Source of the DNA: Octopus vulgaris
Lineage: Eukaryota
Length of the DNA stretch: 64,000 bases
Reading direction: 5' to 3'
NCBI GenBank assembly: GCA_951406725.2
Contig: OX597828.1
Span: forward strand, 60,822,001 to 60,886,000
Part shown: positions 1 through 11,012 of the stretch, piece after piece
How positions within the stretch are numbered: position 1 is the first letter of the stretch
Layout: each line of letters starts with the position of its first letter
Made by a program: the position numbers and the translations under genes
The notes under the pieces: model-generated
The model's input: the letters and a program-made list of their open reading frames with translations, nothing else
Database searches by the model: none
Told to the model about the DNA's origin: nothing

Positions 1-476
1 CCGGTTTGTTAAAATACTTCGGATATCATCTGAAGAGCAAGATGGGGTTGGAGAAGAGGAGCCTGCCACAGAAAGAGTATATGGAACGTTGGAAGGATGT
101 GATGAGGAAGGTGGGTGAGAGTAACCCAGCTTAATCATCGAGGAAAGGAAAAGTCAGCTGCTGGGATTTATAGGCTGCCGGGTTCAAAATTGAAACTGGT
201 ACCTCCCATTCCTTTTCACTGTACATAACTGTGTAAAATAAAGAAATTAAAAAAAAAAGAAAACATACGCACTAAAAGTTCTCGTGATAAAGGTAAAAGT
301 AAGCCAAGGTTTCGTTTCAAGGCAAAGTAAGCCAAGTTTTCGTTCAAGTTACATAAAATTTTATTTTTGTAAATTTTTATAATTTCATTCGAACTCGCAT
401 AGCATTTTTGTAATTGTTTTGTCCTGTAATGTCCCAATTCTATGTTAGATCACTTGATCATAATAAAGATAAATTC
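1..476 (+). mobile_element. 3' end of a Tx1-clade (L1) non-LTR retrotransposon: ORF2 C-terminus to TAA at ~134, then 3' UTR
   Basis: 1-134 encodes ...FGYHLKSKMGLEKRSLPQKEYMERWKDVMRKVGESNPA*, paralogous to the ORF2 end at 4957-5073. The 3' UTR shares blocks with 5090-5130 and 5262-5312. AATAAA occurs at 237 and 462. Confidence 0.85.
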
Positions 477-722
477 ATCGAAAACCGGTGTTTTGACTCG
501 TCTAGGGACCCCTCTTTCATCTGCGTATTGAGAAGTTAGCTGCCTATTTTGTTGAGTGAGTTCGTTTTTTGTTCGTCGTCGTTTGTGTTTGCTCGTGAAT
601 TGAACAGTTATCCGTTGTGTGACAGTAATTTTTGCCCTACAGGGCTGAAAATTCTGTGTATAAACATTGTTATTACCTTCGGGGTAATTTTTTTTGAAAA
701 ATTGGTTCTCATAATTTGAGAA

Positions 723-2160
723 ATGGAGTTCGACTTGGCGTCGAGGAGCGACTTTCCCGTGATGGGAAAAGGCGAACAGAAGGATATCGAGGTTAGAAAA
801 CAGTCTTTTTCGGCCGCAGTGGGCGGAACCGTAACGGAAGTGGAATTCAAAATAGAACAGTTGTTCGAATACCGGAACTTGGTCAAAAAGGAAGGCAACG
901 AAATAAAACTGGTACCGCCGCAAGCGATATTACAGGAAATAAAGGCCAAGACAGTTGTATACAAGGTTTACAGTAACAAAGAGAAAAAAATAATGGACGT
1001 GAAGAACGAAATAGTAGAGAAGTGCTTGTCCCCGGTGTGGAACAAAATTCGCTACGTCGGTCGAGGTGCCCGCAGCGCTACCGTTGAAGCACATTTCGAC
1101 TCGGCTGATGTGGCAAGAGAGATTTCATCGATGACCTTAAAAAGTGAGGACATCATGTTACTACCTACCTATATGGGAAAAAGAACTGCGAAACTATATG
1201 TGGAAGACTTTCCAAGAGGATATGATATAATGTGGGTAGCAGCGGCGGTTCTGCACGACGTAGAGCAGAAAGTCTCAATTCTGCAGATGAAAAGGAAAGA
1301 GGAGGTAAACTGGAAGGGACAAGCGCTCGACTCCTCGTTCAAGCAGAAAATAATGTGCTAGAAAACTTACCCGATAGGGTATTTATTGAGGAGGGAATTA
1401 CAATCAGAGTGTCAGTGGAGGGGCGCAGACTTAGGTGTTTCAAATGTGGTGAAAAGGGTCACGTCCGCTCGAACTGCATAAAAAAAAAAGAAAAACAGCG
1501 AAGCCCCTCCTCAAAGTGCTTCAAACACAGAAAAAGAAAAGGCGGAAAAAGACCCCAAGACTGCGACAAGGAAGGGAATCGAAACGGAAGATAAACATGA
1601 ACAAATGGAATTTACACAGGTGACACACAAAAAGAAAAAAGAAAATACCCTGGACTCCCCTCCCCAAACAAAGAAAAAAATCAGCAAACACCGCAGAGAT
1701 ACATACAAAACAAATTCCCCAGCCCTACCCCCACGGCACTGTATTCATTGGAACACAGTTCGCCAAGCCCCTCCCCATAAAACAAGATTGGAAAAAATTG
1801 ATTAAAAAAAATGAAAAGATTGTAGCATTCGACGAGAGGAACGATAGAGTGTTTAAGTATTTAAAATTTTCAAAACTGAAATTATTCCGTAAGTCTGCAG
1901 ACACTAAGTCGACGACTCGTTTTGCAAAAATAAAGGAAGACGAGTGGAAGGAAAAAACACTCCAAGAACATTTAAAAATTAACCTTATCAGAGACGTAAC
2001 TAACGAAATACTGGAGGGCAAACTTACTATAACCCCGGCAACCACACCTACCCAGAGCCCGTTGGCAACGCCGGTTAAGAGCCCTGCAGCTACGACCACA
2101 AGGGAGGAAGAAGGGGAAGCATGCAGATTTAAACTGTCATGCTCCCTGTCCCAACCGTAA
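723..2160 (+). pseudogene. Tx1 ORF1 (gag-like nucleic-acid-binding protein), frameshifted
   Basis: ORF pieces 723-1361, 1232-1594, 1605-1805 and 1798-2160; zinc knuckle CFKCGEKGHVRSNC followed by a Lys-rich region. Confidence 0.8.
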
Positions 2161-2186
2161 GTTTATTTTTTTTTCTCTCTCCGACA

Positions 2187-5073
2187 ATGGCAAAGCTGGG
2201 TTGTGTGAATGTGCGTGGAATGGGGTCGAAATGGAAACAAATTTGTCTCCTGAACGACCTCACGACACACAGAGTGGACGTAGCTATTGTAACCGAGTCC
2301 AAGATGAACGGGAACCAAGCGTTCTCGCCTCTTCTAAATGGTTTCGAGAAATTTATTTCTCCTAGCCGAGGAGGAGGAAGGGGCGTGGCAGTCCTTATCA
2401 GGAAGAGCTTGGACTTGCAGGTAAGTACTGTCTTTCTGGACCCAGAAGGCAGGCTGGTCGTTCTGGATGTGACCCACGTAAGTAAACAGTCCTTCAGGTT
2501 GGTAGCTGTCTACGCTCCGAATGAGTGTAGGCAGTCGGGTTTTTTTCGGAATCTGGAGCACTTTTTAGTGACGTCGAAAACGGTAGACTTAGTAGGGGAC
2601 TTTAACACTGTCCTCGAAGCGCGGGTCGACAGTGTTGGCTCAACCAATAGGAAGGGGAACCCTAGCCTCAAGGGTCTACTAGAGAGCTTTGATCTAGTAG
2701 ACCTTAACTCCAAACACGAAGGTTGCAGAGTTAGAGCTAAGCTACGCGCAGGGAAACGAGAAGGTATTAACGTTGCCGGATGGGCCCGTCGAGTTGAGAG
2801 TCAGAGAGGTAACAAAGCTTCAATCAAGTCTTTAACTGACGAACAGGGACACAAGATCTATGGACAGGAGGAGATGCAAAAGTTTCTTCACCAGCATTTC
2901 GCCCGCGCGTTCGGGGGGGGGGGGGGTTCGCTGGAGCGGGGGAGGGCCTTAAAGGACTTCCTAGCCGGCGGACCGCGGCTCTCGGGGCGGGAGGTGGAAT
3001 GCTGTGAAGGAGCGATCACTCCCGCGGAGATAGAGGGGGTACTGGCCGGATGCGCCGGGGAGAAGTCGCCGGGGTAGGATGGTCTACCCTACGAGTTTTA
3101 TCAAAGTATGCCGGACTTGTTCGGGGGAATACTGGCAGGCGTCTACGCGAACTGGCAGCAGAACGGGAGAATTCCCAGTTCTGTAAGCCGGGGAGTGGTG
3201 ACGCTAATCCAGAAAGAGCCGAGCAAGGGGGATAACATTAGTAATTACAGGCCCATAACTCTACTTAATGTAGAGTTAAAGATTTTGGCCAAGGTGTTGG
3301 CAAAAAGGTTGACGACTGTCGTGGAGAAACTTGTAGGGAAAGCACAGACATGTGCAATTCCAGGCAGGTCGATCCAGGACAATCTTCACCTTATACGCTA
3401 CACCTTAGATAGGGTGGGTAAATTAACCGGCAAGGGCGGGTTAATGGTCCATTTAGACCAAAGTAAAGCGTTCGATAGGGTAGACCATAAGTACCTGGCG
3501 ACGGTCCTCGAAGCGGCTGGACTGGGCCCTGAATTTCGCGGGTGGATCTCCGCTATGTATAGCGGCATCAAGTCCACCGTCCAGATAAACGGTTACCTAA
3601 CGGAACCGTTTTCGGTCGAATGTTCAGTTCGTCAAGTGTGCCCCTTGTCACCACTTTTGTACGTGTTGGTTCTCGAGCCATTGCTGCGAAAGTTGGAGAG
3701 GCTGGGAAATAACCCGGATGAGATCGGAGGCGGGAGGACGGTTCTGCTTATGCGGATGACGTCACCCTCATCGTGTCCAATGAGGCTCAGCTACCTTGTG
3801 TAGAAGATGCTATCAGAGGATACGAGGCGGTGGCAGGAGCAAAAGTTAACAAGGACAAGTCGATTGGCTTACGCCTCGGCACCTGGAGGAGCAAGTCGAT
3901 ATCGTCCAGTGCCGTGGACACTGGACAGATGGTCCTGTTAAGTTGCTGGGAGTTTGGTTTGGGCCAGACTCCCAAACGGAGAGGAATTGGAGTGAGGTGA
4001 CGGGCAAGGTGGAGGCCATAGTACAGACCTGGTCCGGAAGGTTTCTGTCCTTGAAAGGAAGGGCGGAAGTGGTACAGATGTTTATTGCATCTGTAATCAC
4101 ATACCGCCTGACCGTTGTCCCTTGCCCCGATTCATGGCTTAGCAAGATGGAGCGAATCCTTTTCCGCCTTTTGTGAAAGGGAGGAAAGCCACTTGTGAGG
4201 CGCTCCGTTTGATGCCAGGAACCGTTAAAGGGTGGGTTAGGAATGCCTTGGTTGATGATGCGCAGACATGCGTTGAGGCTGAAGCATCTCTGGCACCACC
4301 TGGAGGGTGATAAGGTGTGGAGTCCGCTGGCAGGGGAATTTTCCCCGAGACCGGCTTCCTTAGTGAATTTTAAACCCGGTTGCATCAAAAGACGGAATCT
4401 GACTTTATGGCAAAAGGAGTGCCGACAGGCACTCACGCTGATCCACAAGGCGGGCAAGGCCGGCTGCGGAAATACCACCTCGGTATTTTATAGCAGGCTG
4501 GTAGAGGCAAAGAACGACGACGTCCTAGGAGGAGCTCTGGGGTTCGACGAGGACCAGCTTACCAACCTGTTTAAAAAGACTTTCAGGACGGGGTATTTGG
4601 ATAATTTCCAAAGATCCCTGGCCTGGCAGTGCTATAGGAATGCTTTACCTGTTCGCGAGAAGTTATCGCGGCACGGAACTTCAGTGCCACCGACATGTCC
4701 AAGATGCGGGTTGGACGATGAAACCGTCCAGCACGCTTTTGTACACTGTCGGCAGTTGTCAGACTTGATAAGTTACGCAGAACACGTGTTATCGCATCTG
4801 GGACGAGTACAGATGATACCGCCAACTGGACTCTCGAAGGAAGGTGAGGCATGTTTTCACTGCACGATTGCAGTAGTAAAAGAATGCATGTGGCGTACAA
4901 GAATGGAAGGAGTCGCAATAGGATCCTTTGTCTCAGGCCCCGGCTTGCTCACTTACTTCAGATATCATCTGAAGAGCAAAATGGGGCTGGAAAAGAAGAC
5001 CTTACCACGAGGTGTGTATGAAAAAAGATGGAAGGAAGAGGCGAAAAAGGTGGGTGTCAGAAACCCAGTTTAA
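2187..5073 (+). pseudogene. Tx1 ORF2 (APE endonuclease, reverse transcriptase, C-terminal Zn finger), with stops, frameshifts and an internal deletion
   Basis: APE motifs NVRG, VYAPN, GDFN; RT motifs KSPG*DGLP, NYRPITLLN, LDQSKAFDRVDH, SVRQVCPLSP and AYADD (after a frameshift at ~3745); GGLGMP; CPRCGLDDETVQHAFVHC. Confidence 0.9.
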
Positions 5074-5335
5074 CTATGGATGGAGAAGAGGAAAGGAAAG
5101 CTGCTGGGCCTTATAGGTTGCCGGGGTTTAAAATATATCGGTAAGATTTCAATCTAATGTAATGTTATATTAGTCAATGCAAAGGACAATTTAAATACAG
5201 TTTTTTGTATAATGAATTGTGGAAATTTTTAAACGAACCACTTGACTGTTTTTTGTATGTATGTCCTGTATTGTTCTTCTATGTACTGATTTTATAATCG
5301 TAATAAAGAATTAATCGTGAACCGGTGGTTACCGC

Positions 5336-5374
5336 CCGTTGATAAGAGGCAATAACCTCGAAACCGCGGTCCGG
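5336..5374 (+). ncRNA. Type I hammerhead ribozyme motif, U3-A8 core variant, palindromic helix III
   Basis: ccg|TTGATAA|gagg-caataa-cctc|GAAA|ccgcgg|TC|cgg. Helices I, II and III all pair; predicted cleavage after C5371. Confidence 0.75.
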
Positions 5375-5536
5375 TGCGTATCACTTAGGCTTACGAGAAA
5401 GGGATGGCCTCCCTTTGCAAATACCATAAGGGCACAGATAGTGTACCTAAAGCCAGCTGGAGACGATGATCTCCTGGGGCTAGAAAGCTGCAGTAACAGC
5501 CCCCTTTGTGGTTAGCCATATTGAGATGGCTATTAT

Positions 5537-5607
<71 letters not shown>

Positions 5608-5656
5608 TATAATAATATATAGTAATAATAATAATAGATAAAAAAAAAGACGAAAA

Positions 5657-5819
5657 CAAAGGACCACTGATGCGGTCACAGGAGTGTGACGAAAGAACTC
5701 TGGCCGAAATAAGATTAAGATTAATGTAAAAAATAAATTACACTGAAGCAAAATAACACCAAATATATAGTGCGTGTGTTTTTATTGGCTAAACTGGCAA
5801 AATGACCATTCCGAAATAT

Positions 5820-5824
<5 letters not shown>
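5657..5824 (+). repeat. ~165-bp dispersed repeat (PLE pLTR-like) with a hammerhead-like motif at 5661-5705
   Basis: Near-identical copy at 11013-11180. Motif: ggacca|CTGATGCG|gtcaca-ggag-tgtgac|GAAA|gaac|TC|tggcc. Confidence 0.75.
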
Positions 5825-5857
<33 letters not shown>

Positions 5858-5867
<10 letters not shown>

Positions 5868-6690
5868 TTTCTCTAGTTTCAGCTCAGAGCTGCGGCCATG
5901 CTGATGCACCGCCGTTTTGTGCAACACTGTTATTGCGAAGAACCTCGTCTAATATGTGGCATTAGTGAAGAATGGAGTTTGATATATCTACTCTCATTTG
6001 TACCTCTTGCCGTGAGGTAGGTTCATCTGGGACTCTCGACAGGAAGATGTCCAGCTTTGATTTAAAAACCGCTACATCTACTCTGTGCAAGTTCCTCAGA
6101 CTCTTTGGGAGAATATTAAAAAGCTGTGGGCCCTTGAAACCCAGGCTGTTGCAGAAGCTGGTCCTGAAGCGTGATGGCATTGCTGGGATCTTTGGCACTA
6201 TGCAGTGTCGTCCTGTTCTAGCATTGATGTAGCTTACAATGCCAAAATTTGGCACAATTCCTTCCAGGATTTTCCAGACATATATTACTGCATACCTCTC
6301 CCGTCTTCTCTCCAGGGAGTAGAGTCTTAGCTGTTTCAACCTTTCCCAGTAGCTGAGCTGTTTCAAAGAGACGATCTTCTTGGTGAATCTTCTCTGGATT
6401 GCTTCAAGGTCCGCTGTTAATTTTACACTGGTGGGTGACCATAGCTGTGAGCAGTAATCCAGGCGGCTGAGGACGAATGTCCGCCAGAGGACCATCATGG
6501 TTTCCTTATCTCTGGTTCTGAATGTTCTTAGGATCCACCCAGCCAGTCATCTGCACTTTGTCGCCATCCTGGAAAGAGGTATCATCACTCATGTCGATAC
6601 CCAGGTCCCTCACAGACTTAGGCTCTGGGATTGAAATTCCCTGTGGACCGGTGTATCCGGTAAGTTTAATATTCAGTTTTGGATGCTGGT
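5858..6690 (-). mobile_element. 5'-truncated CR1-clade LINE: RT C-terminus plus 3' tail
   Basis: ORF 5962-6498 has SRLDYCSQLWSP, LEAIQRRFTK and LSYWERLKQLRLYSLERRRERY. The tail ggcggtgcatcagcatggccgcagctctgagctgaaactaga is followed by poly(A). Confidence 0.85.
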
Positions 6691-6733
6691 ATGTATGTAT
6701 ATGTTTATATGTATATATGTATATATGTATATA

Positions 6734-8327
6734 CAGTTGCAGCCAAAATGTTTAGAACGGCATTGTTTTCGTCAGAAAAGTAGATATAATTTTTTTATCA
6801 AAGTTGTTTTATATTCTATAATTTTCACAGACAATAAATACGATATTATTTGTTATTGCCTGAGATTTTGGTGTAATTTGAGAGGATAATACAAAAGTTA
6901 TGGATGATTTAGTGATTTACTAAAAAACCCATGGCGGCCAAAATGATCAGAACGGTTGCTTTTACTCCGTGTTTTAGTATATTTAACCGGCGAACTCTAA
7001 TATTTTGAATTTGTTTACGTGACGGTTCGTTTACTAAACATTAGTAAGAATATTTGCAGTGTACTTTGTTAATATAATGCCACTTACTCCGTTACCAATT
7101 CATCAGCAAATTATTAAGCTTCGAAGGAAGGATAATTTAAGTATTGGATCTATTGCAAAGATTGTTAACAAGTCAAAAAGTGTTGTACACGGTATTCTTA
7201 AGGTCTACGATGTTTGTGGTTCGTGTGAAGCAAGAAAGTTCACAGGTAGGCCAAGAAAAACGACCAAGAGAGAAGATCGTGCTATGGTAAAGTTGGTTAA
7301 AAAAGACAGATTTAAAACTGCTGCTGCTGTTTCTCGGAAAATGAGCATTGTATTGAAGAAAACTGTATCTCGAAAAACTGTGTCTCGTCGTTTAGTTGAA
7401 CATGACCTACAAGCAAGAGCACCTGCAGTGAAGCCACTGATCAGCTCCAAGAATAAAAAGTGTCGTCTTACCTTTGCAACCGAACATGTGTTGTGGTCTC
7501 AAGAAAAATTGCAAACGGTGCATTTCAGTGATGAATGCTCAGATGGGAAAAGGTACGTTCGTAGAAAAGTAGGTGAAAAATTGTTGCCTAAATGCCTTAA
7601 GACTAGTGTTAAATTCGGTGGAGGAAGTGTCATGGTTTGGGGAATGATATCTGGAGATGTTGTGGGCCCTTTGGTGCGATTACATGGAAAGTTAAATGCA
7701 GGAGTTTATAAACAACTTGTAAAAGATCATGTCTTGCCTGTGCTGAGAAATTCAACTAAGCGACCACCCATATTCATGCAGGACAATGCCCCATGTCACA
7801 AGGCTAAGGTGGTCATGAACTTCCTCAAGGCTGAAAAGGTTATTGTTATGGATTGGCCAGCTCAAAGCCCAGATCTCAATCCTATTGAAAATGTGTGGAA
7901 TATTCTAGGAGAACGTTCGAAAGCCAGAAATCCTAAAACAACTGAGCAATTATGGAATGCTCTTCAGGAAGAATGGAATAAGATCACCCAGCAAGAAATT
8001 GAAAATTTAATTTCCTCATGCAGTCGAAGATGTCAGAGTGTGATTGAAGCTAAAGGGCTTCACACTAAATATTAAATAATTCCAGTATTCTCTGTCATCT
8101 TTGATTATTTTGTTATTTTTTTTAACCGTTCTGATCATTGTGGCCGCCATAGGTTTTGCAGTAAATCACTAAATCATCCATAACTTTTGTATTATCCTCT
8201 CAAATTACACCAAAATCTCAGACAATAACAATTGATATTGTATTTATTGTCCGTGAAAATTATAGAATATAAAACAACTTTGATAAAAACTTATACCTAC
8301 TTTTCTGACGAAAACAATGCCGTTCTG

Positions 8328-8332
<5 letters not shown>
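6734..8332 (+). mobile_element. Tc1-family DNA transposon with ~225-bp IR/DR-type terminal inverted repeats; the right tip is missing
   Basis: TA|CAGTTGCAGCC left end. TIR 6734-6958 matches 8125-8332 in reverse. Inner and outer direct repeats gcagccaaaatgtttagaacgg / gcggccaaaatgatcagaacgg. Confidence 0.92.
7077..8075 (+). CDS. Tc1 DD34E transposase (uninterrupted ORF with a probable small in-frame deletion after the first D)
   Basis: Paired HTH, GRPRK, HFSDE, VMVWG, FMQDNAPCH...SPDLNPIE with 34 residues between D and E (counted). Confidence 0.88.
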   Translation: MPLTPLPIHQQIIKLRRKDNLSIGSIAKIVNKSKSVVHGILKVYDVCGSCEARKFTGRPRKTTKREDRAMVKLVKKDRFKTAAAVSRKMSIVLKKTVSRKTVSRRLVEHDLQARAPAVKPLISSKNKKCRLTFATEHVLWSQEKLQTVHFSDECSDGKRYVRRKVGEKLLPKCLKTSVKFGGGSVMVWGMISGDVVGPLVRLHGKLNAGVYKQLVKDHVLPVLRNSTKRPPIFMQDNAPCHKAKVVMNFLKAEKVIVMDWPAQSPDLNPIENVWNILGERSKARNPKTTEQLWNALQEEWNKITQQEIENLISSCSRRCQSVIEAKGLHTKY

Positions 8333-8365
<33 letters not shown>

Positions 8366-8451
8366 TAAAAATTTTTTTAAAAATGCAGAATGCTCAAATG
8401 AAAGAAAATTTTAATAAAATGAGAAAATGATAAAATATATAAATATATATT

Positions 8452-8492
8452 TATTCAACCGGTTTTCGTCATTGTATGACTTGTCAAGAATA
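8452..8492 (-). ncRNA. Hammerhead-like motif (U3-A8 core) in the left palindrome arm
   Basis: Reverse complement of 9597-9637. Confidence 0.55.
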
Positions 8493-9596
8493 TTTATGTT
8501 TTAAGAAGTTTTTTTAAAAATTAGAAAGGGGAAAAAAAGAAAATTGCATTGTTTTTTGTAAAAGAATAATGATAAAAATGTACAAAAATTGAAAAATAAG
8601 TTCTCCGATACATTGTGAGTTCGTTGTGTATCTTGAGTTTTATGGTTGTTTACCAAAAAATTACCTTGAGGTGTTAAGATCCAAAGGGATTAAGAGCATG
8701 TGATGTGTTGTGTTGTTAAATTCAGCATGTTGCAGGACAGGAAGTAGTAGTAATTGTGGTCCTGGTTCTTCAGTTCCTGTGTTGTGAGTAAGGGGAGACA
8801 ACTCTTTTGAGTTCTTCAATAAAACCCAAATTATAAAACTATTATTTTAGCTTCATTTGCATTATCTTTTTTATATAATTGCTTGTTAACTTAACTTTCA
8901 GATTTTAACACTTTATTTATATTATTTTCTAATAATATAAATATGCATAGACAATTGCATTTCAAATTGTCATATCATTTATAATAAAAATGATAGTAAT
9001 AACAACAATAGTAAAAATGATATTTAAAGAATATAAGTTTTAGCTTGAAGTGATTATATTCTTTAAATATCATTTTTACTATTGTTGTTATTACTATCAT
9101 TTTTATTATAAATGATATGACAATTTGAAATGCAATTGTCTATGCATATTTATATTATTAGAAAATAATATAAATAAAGTGTTAAAATCTGAAAGTTAAG
9201 TTAACAAGCAATTATATAAAAAAGATAATGCAAATGAAGCTAAAATGATAGTTTTATAATTTGGGTTTTATTGAAGAACTCAAAAGAGTTGTCTCCCTTA
9301 CTCACAACACAGGAACTGAAGAACCAGGACCACAATTACTACTACTTCCTGTCCTGCAACATGCTGAATTTAACAACACAACACATCACATGCTCTTAAT
9401 CCCTTTGGATCTTAACACCTCAAGGTAATTTTTTGGTAAACAACCATAAAACTCAAGATACACAACGAACTCACAATGTATCGGAGAACTTATTTTTCAA
9501 TTTTTGTACATTTTTATCATTATTCTTTTACAAAAAACAATGCAATTTTCTTTTTTTCCCCTTTCTAATTTTTAAAAAAACTTCTTAAAACATAAA

Positions 9597-9637
9597 TATT
9601 CTTGACAAGTCATACAATGACGAAAACCGGTTGAATA
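9597..9637 (+). ncRNA. Hammerhead-like motif (U3-A8 core, GAAAA) in the right palindrome arm
   Basis: tattc|TTGACAA|gtcat-aca-atgac|GAAAA|ccgg|TT|gaata. Confidence 0.55.
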
Positions 9638-9772
9638 AATATATATTTATATATTTTATCATTTTCTCATTTTATTAACATTTTCTTTCATTTGAGCATT
9701 CTGCATTTTTAAAAATTTTTCCTTACTTATCATTTCTCCACGTGCGGTCAACACAACCCCACCATTTATTGA

Positions 9773-9845
<73 letters not shown>

Positions 9846-10541
9846 GTATGTATTGGTATGTAAGTTAAAATATGTATATATAAATATTATTAACATTTCC
9901 GATTATTCATGATATATTTACAATTAGTTTTACTCATTGGTTTTTCAATCAACCAACCGTAACTAAGACAAAGAAATTCAAATTTGTTAACCAATTAGAT
10001 TTAGCATATGATTAAAAATAATCGTCCTCCAATCACCGACAGATTTTAAACCACTAAAATATTAATGAATAACGAATAACAAAAATAATGTAGTCTATCT
10101 CTTATCTCTTCATACACGATCTTTTATTACACAATATTCTGTGAAATTATATACTTTCGTTAAGATGTAAAGGAAATGAAATCTCATATATATATATATT
10201 TGTGTATATTTGTACGTAGGTATATATATATATATATGCATTTACGTATGTACTTATGTGTATGATAAATTATAATGCAGTAACTCTAGTATGACTGTTA
10301 TGATATTATGATATATGAATATATTGACTATGAGTTTAAAATTAATAAGATTACATCTATCATATATGTCTGTTTATTGTATTATGGCATACTATATATT
10401 TGTTTCTCCTATACTGTGTATTGTGAAATGAAGATTGCACAGAAACTAATATTATTATTAATAATAATAATTATGATATTAGTAATAATTAAATATTATA
10501 TATGTACTCATAGACATGGACGTGTATGTTGCACTCCAGTT

Positions 10542-10585
<44 letters not shown>

Positions 10586-10617
10586 GCAAGATTTTTTAAA
10601 TTTTCATTTTTTGTTTT

Positions 10618-10619
<2 letters not shown>

Positions 10620-10673
<54 letters not shown>

Positions 10674-10738
10674 TACTACTAGTATTGTTGTTATACATAC
10701 ATACATACATACAGACATACGTAATAATAATAATAATG

Positions 10739-10787
<49 letters not shown>
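10620..10787. repeat. (TTA)n, (TACA)n and (TAA)n microsatellites
   Basis: Direct reading. Confidence 0.9.
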
Positions 10788-11012
10788 GTGGGTGTAAACA
10801 CATGAACAAAATAAGAATAAACAAAAACAAAAACAAATTACACGAACGTATATAAACAGAAGATACAAATATTATAGGCATTCCTCGCCACACGCTAACT
10901 AAACATAGACGCACATAGAGATATACGCATGCGCAAATGAAGACACATACAATAGAAATACAAAATGGCTGACGGTTAGTAAGGAGAGACACAAAAATAA
11001 GAAAGAAGAAAG

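Larger units (their letters stand above)
491..5313 (+). mobile_element. Near full-length, decayed Tx1-clade L1 LINE (5' UTR, ORF1, ORF2, 3' UTR)
   Basis: Two-ORF layout: ORF1 with a CCHC knuckle, ORF2 with APE endonuclease, RT and a C-terminal Zn motif; AATAAA at 5302. Boundaries are inferred from the flanking 14-nt motif atcg(aa/tg)aaccggtg at 477-490 and 5314-5327. Confidence 0.9.
8361..9730. repeat. 1.37-kb near-perfect palindrome (~676-bp arms, 17-nt spacer at 9037-9053), PLE pLTR-like
   Basis: 8361-9036 is the reverse complement of 9054-9730 with only a few mismatches; spacer gttttagcttgaagtga. Confidence 0.93.

Noticed and set aside
477-560. snRNA, 5S or tRNA target at the Tx1 junction
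   Set aside because: No recognisable match to U1, U2, 5S or tRNA sequence from memory; an Rfam search is needed to exclude it fully.
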